Assembly: GCA_043753995.1 (NCBI GenBank)
Contig: JAYUVP010000148.1
Location: 1 to 10,310, forward strand
Length of the DNA stretch: 10,310 bases
Origin: Fibrobacterota bacterium
GTDB lineage: Bacteria; Fibrobacterota; Fibrobacteria; UBA11236
Direction: 5' to 3'
Positions 1 to 8,303 of the stretch are shown here, one piece after another (position 1 is the stretch's first letter; each line of letters begins with the position of its first letter). Under the pieces are notes generated by a model. The model was not told where the DNA came from, did not search any database, and worked only from the letters and a program-made list of their open reading frames with translations. A program made the position numbers and the translations under genes.

Positions 1-1041
1 TTTTTTCGCGCCACCATGGTGGCGCAATGCGCGAATGGTGGCCACCAGCACGAGAGCCTCGGGCTTCAAATCGCCCACGGGGCATTTGATATTCAGGAAT
101 TTTTCCGCACCCAAATCCGCGCCGAAGCCAGCTTCGGTGACCACATAATCGCTGAGGGACAAGCCCATTTGGGTGGCGAGAATGGAATTGGTGCCTTGGG
201 CGATATTCGCGAATGGCCCGCAATGCAAAATGGCAGGATTGCCTTCGATGGTCTGCACCAAATTGGGCATCAGGGCGTCTTTCAATAAGAGCGCCATGGC
301 ATTTTCGGCTTTCAATTCGCGCGCATAAACGGGCTTCTTATCAAAGGTGTAACCGATGAAAATATTGCCGAGGCGCTTTTTCAAATCACCTAAATTCCGC
401 GACAGGCATAGGATGGCCATCACTTCGGACGCAGCCGTGATATTAAATCCGTCTTCGCGGGGAATACCATTGGAGCGCCCTCCTAAGCCGATGACGGTTT
501 GTCGCAGGGCGCGATCATTGATGTCCATCACCCGCTTCCACACTATGGTGCGCGGATCAATTCCGAGATTGCCGGTTTTGCTTTGAATATTGTTGTCGAC
601 TAGGGCGGCCAATAAATTGTTGGCCTTTTCAATCGCGGAAAAGTCACCCGTGAAATGAAGATTAATGTCGACCATCGGAATGACTTGGGAATGGCCTCCC
701 CCCGCCGCCCCGCCCTTCATGCCGAAAACGGGTCCGAGAGACGGCTCCCGCAAGACAGCCGTGGCTTTTTTGCCGATGCGATTGAGGCCGTCGGTGAGTC
801 CGATGGAAACCGTGGTTTTGCCTTCCCCCGCCGGGGTTGGATTGATAGCCGTGACCAGGATCAAATGGCTGGCCGCAGTTTTTTTAGCGTCGATGAGATG
901 AAGCGGCAGTTTGGCCTTGTACTTGCCGTAATATTCCAAATCGTCTTGGGGTATGCCCAGTTTAGCGGCTATGTCATTGATATGCTTGATATTAGCGCTT
1001 AGGGCAATGTCGAGATCGGTCGAAGTTTCAGATTTGGCCAT
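1..1041 (-). CDS. fhs: Formate--tetrahydrofolate ligase (FTHFS), N-terminal ~347 aa; 3' end lies outside the window
   Basis: Manual translation from ATG at 1041: [30 protein letters not shown]...YGKYKAK...[23 protein letters not shown]...[20 protein letters not shown]...[10 protein letters not shown]...[14 protein letters not shown]...[14 protein letters not shown]...[15 protein letters not shown]. These are hallmark FTHFS motifs. The frame is open to position 1, which explains its absence from the ORF track. Confidence 0.97.
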   Translation of the reverse strand, partial: MAKSETSTDLDIALSANIKHINDIAAKLGIPQDDLEYYGKYKAKLPLHLIDAKKTAASHLILVTAINPTPAGEGKTTVSIGLTDGLNRIGKKATAVLREPSLGPVFGMKGGAAGGGHSQVIPMVDINLHFTGDFSAIEKANNLLAALVDNNIQSKTGNLGIDPRTIVWKRVMDINDRALRQTVIGLGGRSNGIPREDGFNITAASEVMAILCLSRNLGDLKKRLGNIFIGYTFDKKPVYARELKAENAMALLLKDALMPNLVQTIEGNPAILHCGPFANIAQGTNSILATQMGLSLSDYVVTEAGFGADLGAEKFLNIKCPVGDLKPEALVLVATIRALRHHGGAKK

Positions 1042-1047
1042 CCCTAG

Positions 1048-1076
1048 AAAATAGCAAGCGCACCCCGCTCTGGCAG
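1048..1076 (-). promoter_or_regulatory. Putative sigma70-type promoter of fhs (possibly leaderless transcript)
   Basis: Minus strand: CTGCCA (-35, 1076-1071), 17-nt spacer, TATTTT (-10, 1053-1048) preceded by TGc (extended -10), then only 6 nt to the ATG. No properly spaced Shine-Dalgarno. Confidence 0.45.
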
Positions 1077-1109
1077 GGGAGTGGCCTCTGATCACGAATT
1101 CGAAATCAA

Positions 1110-2435
1110 CTAGGTATTATCGGCCTGCCAGCCGATTTGATCGAGTAAATAGGCCTCGGCTTCGACATTCCAGCGGTGGCCATGCTTAGCCACCAAATCA
1201 GCCAGCCTCGCATAACGCGCATCGTCACGTCCCAGAGTCGGCAAGTCAGTGAGGGCGAAAAGCGGCAAATTCAAGGCGGGATAAATCAGTTTTTTCCAGC
1301 CCGGCCAATTCGGTAATTGGGGTAACAAGGCCGTTACGGATTCTAGTCCGCCGACATGGGTGACAAGAAAAGAAGGGTCGAGGCTGCCCTCGGCCATGGC
1401 CGCCAAGGCTTCGCGCATGTCCTGGGTTTGTGCGGCATAGGTTCCCGTGACATGGGCGCCTAGGTAATGGACTTTGTAAAAATTCAGTCCGGCGGTGAAG
1501 GATTTGTCCATGGGGCCGGCAAACATATTGAGGCAGCCCCCTGGGGCTAGCAATTCCCCGCCAGCTTCGACGAGATCGCGATCCGGAGCAAAAACAAAAA
1601 TATCGTCAAAGCCTTGAGCCAAGGAATTGTCGGTCAAGCCCAAACCAAGTCGGTTTAATTCGGCTGCCGCCAACCTGGGTAACTCACGTGTTTCAGTAGC
1701 CTCCATGTAAACAAGGGATATGCCCGCTTGGGCGGCCTTAGCGACAGGGAAAAGCTTTTCGGCTTCGGCCAATTTTTCCCGGCTGCGACTTGTGACCAGA
1801 AGTAGGCTCGGCTTGGGGTCACGATGCAAGACGCAATCGAGAGCGGCCATGCCCATGGGGCCCATGGCGCCCAACAAGGCGGTGCGACCGCCCGGAACAA
1901 TTCCTGATTTCAACTGGCCGCTGGCATCGCGATGGATTTGAGCGCGAATGGCGCGTAATACGCAAGCAACGGGTTCGGCCAGGGAACCGAAAAACCATCC
2001 TGCCCCGGTATAGGGTAAAAGGCAATCGCTTTCCATCACCTCAGGAGGTAAAAGCGTGTAGGTGCAAGACCCGCCCGCGTAGGGATAACTATAGCCGATG
2101 GCGGCGGGGGAGCCCCGATAATCAAGCACGGGCTGGACGGTGAAGCGCATGCCAGGCTTATAACGATCGCGCCAACGCTCGCCGACGCCGATGATTTCGC
2201 CGCAAAATTCATGACCCAGCATCACGGGTTGTTCGGCCAGGTTTTTGGGAACCCGTTTGTGGCCGGTTCCCAGGCTCAGTACCTTGTAGCTCGACATGCA
2301 AACGCTGTCGGAAACTACGCGGGCGAGTATTTCCTCTGGACCCAGCGGAGGCAAATCGAAAATGTCGAGGCGTGCGTCCATGCGGGCATGCATGCGAATC
2401 GCACGGGTGCGAGGGCCGGATTGGGGTGTGGTCAA
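1110..2435 (-). CDS. Zinc-binding medium-chain dehydrogenase/reductase, L-sorbose-1-phosphate reductase (SorE)-like, ~441 aa
   Basis: Motifs [13 protein letters not shown]...[17 protein letters not shown]...GHKRVP...LGHEFCGEI...FTVQP...[10 protein letters not shown]...LGAMGPMG...GCLNMFAGP...NFYKVHY...VTHVGGL...KKLIYP match the SorE-like MDR subfamily. The ORF-track start (2609) lies inside dnaE; the in-frame TTG at 2435 fits the family N-terminus better. Exact start and substrate are uncertain. Confidence 0.82.
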   Translation of the reverse strand: MTTPQSGPRTRAIRMHARMDARLDIFDLPPLGPEEILARVVSDSVCMSSYKVLSLGTGHKRVPKNLAEQPVMLGHEFCGEIIGVGERWRDRYKPGMRFTVQPVLDYRGSPAAIGYSYPYAGGSCTYTLLPPEVMESDCLLPYTGAGWFFGSLAEPVACVLRAIRAQIHRDASGQLKSGIVPGGRTALLGAMGPMGMAALDCVLHRDPKPSLLLVTSRSREKLAEAEKLFPVAKAAQAGISLVYMEATETRELPRLAAAELNRLGLGLTDNSLAQGFDDIFVFAPDRDLVEAGGELLAPGGCLNMFAGPMDKSFTAGLNFYKVHYLGAHVTGTYAAQTQDMREALAAMAEGSLDPSFLVTHVGGLESVTALLPQLPNWPGWKKLIYPALNLPLFALTDLPTLGRDDARYARLADLVAKHGHRWNVEAEAYLLDQIGWQADNT

Positions 2436-2481
2436 GGGCGTTTGTTCACGTTGAAATGAAATTCGCTTTGCGGCCTGTGCT

Positions 2482-5400
2482 TCAAGCGGCCTTGGCCGAG
2501 AGCCAAACATTGGCGGCACCGACGAGATCGGAAAGCCTTTGGGTGAAGTCGCGATCGCTAGAGACCCTGACTTTATCGCTGAGAACCGCCAAAGAGTCGC
2601 CTTGCCCACCTTCGAGATGCAATACCAATTGGCAAGAACCTTCCCAAGCTTGGCAGGCCTCCAGCAGTTCTTGGGCGCCCTCTTCGAGCAGGCCCGCCGT
2701 GCGCAATTTTACATGAACGCTGCGCGTCAATTTTTCGCGCGCATCGGTGAGCGATAAAATCTTTTGCGCATTCAATTTGAAGAGGCCTTGCTCCTCATTG
2801 AACGAGAGGGTGCCACGTATGAATACCATGGAGTCGAGTTCGACGAGATGACGCACCTCTTCGAAGACGTCGGACCATAATGTGACTTCCACCTTACCGA
2901 TGAAGTCTTCCAATTCGGCGAACGCGAAGGTTTTATTGTCCTTGGGAGAAAGCTTGGTTTTCAGGCGGGTAATCATGCCCCCGAGCACGACTTGAGGGCC
3001 GGGTGCCGGACGCCCGCCTTCTTTACGAGGCTCTACTTTGGCTTCGTTCAATTGTTGGCGCAAGCGATCAGGGTCGAGTGGGCAAGTGGCAAAGCCGTCG
3101 AGTTCGGGTCGATAGGGCTCCAGCGGATGACCGCTAAGATAGAGGCCTAATACCTCTTTCTCCTTTTCGAGCATTTCATTGTAGGGCCAGGGATCGACAT
3201 CGGGTAAAACGGGATCCCCCGCATCGAGCGACGGTCCCGAGCCCATTTCAAACAGGGACACTTGCCCGCTCGCTGCATCTTGCTGCAAGGACGCTGCCCA
3301 AGCCATGGCATTTTCCACTGCCGCGAATTGCTGAGCGCGATTCCCGGGAATTTCGTCTGGCAAGGCGCCCGCATAAATCAAGGATTCCATGGCGCGGCGA
3401 TTCAAGTATTGCTGATCCATGCGGCGGCACAAATCGAAAAGCGATTGGAATGGACCATCGGTCTCGCGCTCAATCACCAATTTTTCGACGCAGGACAGTC
3501 CGACATTCTTGATGCCAGCCAGGCCATAAACAATTTTGCCTTCGCTCACGGAAAAGCGCGGTGAGGAGCGATTGATGTCCGGAAACTTGACCTGAATATT
3601 CAGGTTGCGGCAATCATTGAGCAGAATCACCAAACGCGTGGTGTCTTGCATTTCCGAATTCATATTCGCCGCCATGAATTCGGCAGGAAAATGAGCCTTC
3701 AAATAAGCGGTTTGATAGGCTACCGTAGCATAGGCAGCGGAATGCGACTTGTTGAAGGCATAGCTGGAAAAGGGCACCAGCACGTCCCAAATGCGCTCGG
3801 CAAGCTTGCCGTCATAGCCGCGCGCCGTGGCTCCTCCCACGAATTTGGGTTTGAGCTCGTCCATTTTCTTCAGGTCTTTTTTCGCCATGGCGCGGCGCAA
3901 TAAGTCGGCGCCGCCCAGGGAAAAGCCGGACAAAACTTGGGCGATTTGCATCACCTGTTCCTGATAGACAATGACTCCGTAAGTCTCTTTAAGTATGCCT
4001 TCAAGATCGGCGTGATAGCAGTCGACTGGCTCATGGCCATGTTTGCGCGCGATGTATTGGGGAATGAATTCCATCGGACCTGGCCGATAGAGGGCATTCA
4101 TGGCGATGAGATCTTCCAGTGAGGAGGGTCGCAACTTGCGGAGATAATCCTGCATGCCGCCCGATTCAAATTGGAAGACACCGACCGTGGCGCCACGGCC
4201 CAGCAATTCCATGGTTTTGGGATCGCTCTCGGGCAATTTGAGCGGGTCGAGTGTGACGCCATGGTTATGCTCGACCATGGCGAGGCAATCCTGAATGACG
4301 GACAAATTGCGCAAGCCCAAGAAATCCATTTTGAGCAAGCCCACGTCTTCGGCATAGGTCTTGTCATATTGGATCATGACTTGATCCGAACCCGGCTGCT
4401 TGAACAGGGGCGCATAATTGACAATGGCCTTGGGCGCGATAATGACGGCGGCGGCATGCATACCGGCTTGTCGTACCAGACCTTCGAGCTTACCCGCGAC
4501 TTGAAATAAGTCCACTAAGGAACCGTCGCCTTCGACTTCTTTCTTGAGATCGGGAGACTCTTCCAGGGCCGTCTTCAGATCGGCGAAAGGATTGGCGGCG
4601 GGGAAGAGTTTGCACACTTGATTCATGCGCTGGGCTTCGAAGCCTAATACGCGGCCCACATCGCGAATCACCATTTTGGCTTTCATGCGGCCATAGGTCA
4701 CGATTTGAGCCACCGATTCGGTGCCGTATTTGTCGACCACATATTGAATGACTTCTTGCCGACCATTGTCGGAGAAGTCGGTATCGATATCGGGCATGGA
4801 CACGCGTTCCGGATTCAGGAAGCGCTCGAAAAGCAGGGAATAGCGTATCGGGTCGACGTCGGTTACCGCGATGGCATAAGAGACGAGAGAGCCCACAGCG
4901 GATCCGCGCCCTGGCCCTACGGGAATGCCGCGACGACGGGCGGCATTGATGAAGTCCTGCACGATGAGCATATAGCCCGCGACCTTCATCTTGGCCATGA
5001 CTTGCAATTCGAATTCGAGGCGTTCGCTCAATTCGGGTGTCACTTGGGTATAACGCTGGGCCAAGCCTTCGCGAGCCAAATGCGCTAAATAAGCATCGGC
5101 GTCACTGAAGTCCTTGGGAATGGGAAATTGCGGATGATGCAATTGGCCGAATTCGATCTTGGCCTGGCAGCGTTCAGCAATGGCCACCGTGTTCTCAATG
5201 GCCCCGGGAAAGCCCGCGAACAGGCTCTTCATTTCCGCGGAGGACTTCAAATGATATTCTGGCGCGGGAAAGCGAGGATGATTGACATCCTTGATCTTAA
5301 AGCCGCCTTCGATGCACAGCAAAATTTCATGCGCCTCGGCATCGGACTTTTCGATATAATGCACATCGTTCAAGGCGACGAGGGGCCAGGCATATTGTTG

Positions 5401-6030
5401 ATGCAATTCGAGAAACCAGGCATTGACCTTTTTCTCATCGGGCACGCCATGATCCATGACGCCGAGATAAACGTTTTCCCTGCCGAAAACCTCGGCGTAA
5501 AGGTCTAGGCAATCCAGCGCTTTCTTTTCCTGATTGCGCAAATACCAAGCGCCAGGCTCGCTGACATGGCAGGGCGCAATGCAAATCAGGCCTTCGCCCC
5601 GGCCTTTGAGGCTTTCGCGATCAATGCGTGGCTTTAGAAAGAAACCATCCATGTGGCCATCGGAGCAAAGCGCCAGCAAATTCTTATAGCCGACGCCATT
5701 GGTGGCCAAAACCAAAATCTGATGATGGGTCGGTTGGCCGGGCAAATACTGTACGTTTTGGCGGCGGTCGGGAGCGATATAAAGATCACAACCCACAATG
5801 GCCTTCAGGCCATTCTTTTTCGCGGCCATCCAGAATTCGAGCATGCCGAACATATTGCCATGATCGGTCAGGGCCACGGCGGTTTGCCCAAGGGACAAGG
5901 CTTTTTTTACCAGGGCGCCAACACGCGCCGTGGCTTGCAGCATGGAATATTCGGAATGAACCGAGAGATGGACGAAATCGCCTACCGGTGCGGCGCCCGG
6001 CGCGCCCGATGCAGCCGGGGCCTCACTCAC
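2482..6030 (-). CDS. dnaE: DNA polymerase III subunit alpha (~1182 aa)
   Basis: PHP domain (FVHLSVHSEYS, ALTDHGNMFG, NDVHY), GPGRGSAVGSLV, FERFLNPERVSMPDIDTDF, GLLKMDFLGLRNL, GVFQFES, FNKSHSAAY, beta-clamp motif QVSLF, EKEVLGLYLSGHP, OB fold and C-terminal domain. Start placed at GTG 6030, preceded by GAGGAAGAAAC and overlapping the upstream TGA. Confidence 0.98.
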   Translation of the reverse strand: MSEAPAASGAPGAAPVGDFVHLSVHSEYSMLQATARVGALVKKALSLGQTAVALTDHGNMFGMLEFWMAAKKNGLKAIVGCDLYIAPDRRQNVQYLPGQPTHHQILVLATNGVGYKNLLALCSDGHMDGFFLKPRIDRESLKGRGEGLICIAPCHVSEPGAWYLRNQEKKALDCLDLYAEVFGRENVYLGVMDHGVPDEKKVNAWFLELHQQYAWPLVALNDVHYIEKSDAEAHEILLCIEGGFKIKDVNHPRFPAPEYHLKSSAEMKSLFAGFPGAIENTVAIAERCQAKIEFGQLHHPQFPIPKDFSDADAYLAHLAREGLAQRYTQVTPELSERLEFELQVMAKMKVAGYMLIVQDFINAARRRGIPVGPGRGSAVGSLVSYAIAVTDVDPIRYSLLFERFLNPERVSMPDIDTDFSDNGRQEVIQYVVDKYGTESVAQIVTYGRMKAKMVIRDVGRVLGFEAQRMNQVCKLFPAANPFADLKTALEESPDLKKEVEGDGSLVDLFQVAGKLEGLVRQAGMHAAAVIIAPKAIVNYAPLFKQPGSDQVMIQYDKTYAEDVGLLKMDFLGLRNLSVIQDCLAMVEHNHGVTLDPLKLPESDPKTMELLGRGATVGVFQFESGGMQDYLRKLRPSSLEDLIAMNALYRPGPMEFIPQYIARKHGHEPVDCYHADLEGILKETYGVIVYQEQVMQIAQVLSGFSLGGADLLRRAMAKKDLKKMDELKPKFVGGATARGYDGKLAERIWDVLVPFSSYAFNKSHSAAYATVAYQTAYLKAHFPAEFMAANMNSEMQDTTRLVILLNDCRNLNIQVKFPDINRSSPRFSVSEGKIVYGLAGIKNVGLSCVEKLVIERETDGPFQSLFDLCRRMDQQYLNRRAMESLIYAGALPDEIPGNRAQQFAAVENAMAWAASLQQDAASGQVSLFEMGSGPSLDAGDPVLPDVDPWPYNEMLEKEKEVLGLYLSGHPLEPYRPELDGFATCPLDPDRLRQQLNEAKVEPRKEGGRPAPGPQVVLGGMITRLKTKLSPKDNKTFAFAELEDFIGKVEVTLWSDVFEEVRHLVELDSMVFIRGTLSFNEEQGLFKLNAQKILSLTDAREKLTRSVHVKLRTAGLLEEGAQELLEACQAWEGSCQLVLHLEGGQGDSLAVLSDKVRVSSDRDFTQRLSDLVGAANVWLSAKAA

Positions 6031-7937
6031 GTTTCTTCCTCGACTTTTTCCTCCAGCACTCGGAAGTTGAGCATATCGTCCAGCAGCCATTCCTGACGAT
6101 GACCACTTTCCTGGTCGACACCAATGAGCTTCATGGGCTGGCGAGACTTGAGCACGGCACGAGGCATGACTACCACGCGCTTGCCGGGTACGCGGGCATG
6201 CATGAATTCGACTTTATGTTCCCGAGCAATGGCTTGTTCGATGGCAATGACGCGGCGGCCTTGATCGACTTTTTCATGCTCATCGGGCGTGGCCGCGTCT
6301 TGCACGGCGGGGCGCAATACCGGAGTGACTTCGCGATAAGCGACTTCGCCCGGTTCAAAAGTCGGAAAGGCCGGATTTTCCTCGACGGAAAGCACCAGGG
6401 GATCGGGCTGTTCGCTGGGGCGAAATTCTTCCCCGGGAATGAGGCCGAAATGTTGCAATAATTCGCGCACCGCCATTTTATGGCGCCGATCGACGATGAA
6501 GCCGAAGCCAGGAATGAATTCCTGCACCAAAGTCTTCATCTGGGGGATTTCGGCGATTTCGCGCAGGCGAATCGGGTCTTTCACCTCAAGCAAAAGCACT
6601 TCGCGAAAGCGCGAGGAGGCGAAGGACGAGCCCCATTCGACAAGAGTCCGAATGGACATGGGATTGAAACCCAGCCAGGACACGAGGTCTTGGAAGCGAT
6701 TCATTTCTAAGCCCGATTGCAGGCCCTCGACCACCGATTCCTTGCTGAAGCGATAGCGCGTGAGCATTTCGTCGTTTTGACGCCTGGCCGTCAACTCCAA
6801 ATGGTGCTGGCGATGAAAGGGCATGTCGGCAGGTGCCAGCACTTCAAAATTGGGTGTGGCCACTGGAGAAGGCGTTGCTGTCAAATCGGCATTGGCATTG
6901 CCCTGGAGCATGGCAGCATGGAAATCGGCATCCAGGCGCATCCAGCCGATGCGGCCCTTAGCCAATCCGAGGTCGACGGCACCCAAAATCCAAAGCTCTT
7001 GTAAAGGCTTGGGCAAATGTTCCCAGGTGAACAGTGTCTTCTTGTCCTTAGGGCGATGCCGCAGCGATCCCGAGGGCGACCAAAAGGCTTTCACGGCATG
7101 GGCGATGCGCACCGCCGATATTGCACTCGGCTTTGAAACGGGAGATTTCACCCAGGCATCCAGCACTTCGTAGAGGCCGCGGGCGCGCTTTTCGAACCAA
7201 TAGCGGCGTAGGCGCGCCGTGATAGTTTGGCTGTCTTCCAGCAGCAATTGGCGGGCTTCGCGCGTCAGGACGAGGCGGCCGCCGTCTTGCATGACCAAGC
7301 CTTCTTCGGAAGCGAAGCGCAGGAGCCAAAGGGCTTCTTCTTCGGCGCAAACCGTCGACACCGGCGAGGAGAAATCGAAACGTATAGCCAATTCCTGCAA
7401 ATTCTTGCGATGCAATTCGCCGGCTTGAGTCACGCGCAAGTTACCCAAGGCCACTTGCGCCAAGAAGTGATTCAAATGGGCGGTGAGAAAATGGCGATAG
7501 GAAATCCAATTCACGTCGCCATTGAAGGCTTCATTGGGTAGGAACTCTTCCGCCAGGGCGGGGAGGAGGGCCGGCGCCAATTCCTCGAAGCCGTGATAAC
7601 TGGTGGATTCTCCGTCACGCACCAGGCACAACAATTCGAATTCGGCCTTGGATAACAGGTATTGCGCCTGATTCAGGGGCAATTCACCGCCATTGAATAG
7701 CTCGCTTTCTTTGATACCACGCCGGCCTGCGGAGTAAATCCACAGGAGCAATTGGCGGCCTTCGGCCCCCAAATCTTCAAGCACGGCCTTGAGGCGATCG
7801 GGCTTTTGGGCCCATGCATAAACCAATTGGGCCACTTTATTGGCTTGTTGCAGGCCCCCAGCATCACTTTCACGGCGATGCAATTTGATGACAACGGTTT
7901 TGGGGGCAGCAGCCAGGAAATCGGAAAGAGAGTGCAA
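6027..7937 (-). CDS. Helicase-associated domain protein (XPB/Ssl2-type Helicase_C_3-like) with a C-terminal WYL-like domain, 636 aa
   Basis: Long ORF filling the space between the fdx terminator and dnaE. The segment TPNFEVLAP...YRFSKESVVEGLQSGL...RTLVEWG...LLQHFGLIP resembles Helicase_C_3. The C-terminus IEQAIAREHKVEFMH...RVVVMPRAV...LIGVDQESGHRQEWLLDDM resembles the WYL (Sm/SH3-like) pattern. LRVTQAGELHRK resembles the N-terminal region of such proteins. No Walker A/B motifs seen. TTG start is tentative. Confidence 0.72.
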   Translation of the reverse strand: MHSLSDFLAAAPKTVVIKLHRRESDAGGLQQANKVAQLVYAWAQKPDRLKAVLEDLGAEGRQLLLWIYSAGRRGIKESELFNGGELPLNQAQYLLSKAEFELLCLVRDGESTSYHGFEELAPALLPALAEEFLPNEAFNGDVNWISYRHFLTAHLNHFLAQVALGNLRVTQAGELHRKNLQELAIRFDFSSPVSTVCAEEEALWLLRFASEEGLVMQDGGRLVLTREARQLLLEDSQTITARLRRYWFEKRARGLYEVLDAWVKSPVSKPSAISAVRIAHAVKAFWSPSGSLRHRPKDKKTLFTWEHLPKPLQELWILGAVDLGLAKGRIGWMRLDADFHAAMLQGNANADLTATPSPVATPNFEVLAPADMPFHRQHHLELTARRQNDEMLTRYRFSKESVVEGLQSGLEMNRFQDLVSWLGFNPMSIRTLVEWGSSFASSRFREVLLLEVKDPIRLREIAEIPQMKTLVQEFIPGFGFIVDRRHKMAVRELLQHFGLIPGEEFRPSEQPDPLVLSVEENPAFPTFEPGEVAYREVTPVLRPAVQDAATPDEHEKVDQGRRVIAIEQAIAREHKVEFMHARVPGKRVVVMPRAVLKSRQPMKLIGVDQESGHRQEWLLDDMLNFRVLEEKVEEET

Positions 7938-7984
7938 GTTGCGTATTCCCCCGGGGATAGCGGGGGAGTAAATATAACCGGACG

Positions 7985-8016
7985 AAAAAAAGGCCGACTT
8001 CTGGGGAAGTCAGCCT
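7985..8016 (-). terminator. Rho-independent terminator downstream of the ferredoxin gene
   Basis: Minus strand AGGCTGACTTC-CCCA-GAAGTCGGCCT-TTTTTT: 11-bp stem with one G-U pair, 4-nt loop and a U-tract, starting about 35 nt after the fdx stop. Confidence 0.88.
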
Positions 8017-8050
8017 GTTTCACGCTTAAAACGCGGTTTTCTCGCTAAAA

Positions 8051-8278
8051 TCACATAGGATTGTCGCGTTTGCCACTGCTATCGTATTCGATGCCAATGG
8101 TTCCCACGGGACAGCCTTCGGCGGCCTCCACGATTTGGGCATCCAAGGTCAATTGGGCATTGGCCTTGATGATCATTTTTTCCGGAACTTCAAACACCTC
8201 GGGGCAGGTGGCTTCGCAGGCCCCACACATGGTGCATTCATTCTCGCTTTCATCAAGCCAAACACGGGTGATGGCCAT
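8051..8278 (-). CDS. fdx: Single-cluster [4Fe-4S]/[3Fe-4S] ferredoxin, 75 aa
   Basis: MAITRVWLDESENECTMCGACEATCPEVFEV...EAAEGCPVGTIGIE: CxxCxxCxxxCP plus a distal CP, acidic composition. Strong SD AAGGAG (8292-8287) 8 nt before ATG 8278. The longer ORF-track start at 8461 is not supported. Confidence 0.93.
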   Translation of the reverse strand: MAITRVWLDESENECTMCGACEATCPEVFEVPEKMIIKANAQLTLDAQIVEAAEGCPVGTIGIEYDSSGKRDNPM

Positions 8279-8303
8279 TTCATCTACTCCTTGCAAACAT
8301 GCA

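Noticed and set aside
16..1002. Plus-strand ORFs 16-288, 356-586, 655-1002 and 665-901
   Set aside because: Antisense shadows of fhs with no recognisable motifs.
1060..1083. Hairpin between the dehydrogenase and fhs as a terminator
   Set aside because: Only a ~6-bp stem with no adjacent U-tract, and it overlaps the better-supported promoter-like element.
2436..2609. Extended N-terminus of the dehydrogenase given in the ORF track (start 2609)
   Set aside because: It overlaps the dnaE 3' end by 128 nt and precedes the point where family similarity begins.
2482..6030. Possible intein or split in dnaE
   Set aside because: The frame is continuous and of normal length. The motifs GRGSAVGS and SYAFNKSHS, the latter a known DnaE intein site, are uninterrupted.
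5628..6461. 277-aa plus-strand ORF spanning the dnaE / upstream-gene junction
   Set aside because: Antisense to two well-supported genes, no motifs; long shadow ORFs are expected at this GC content.
6027..7937. Calling the 636-aa protein an active helicase
   Set aside because: No Walker A, DExD/H or other SF2 motifs are visible; only the accessory domain is recognisable.
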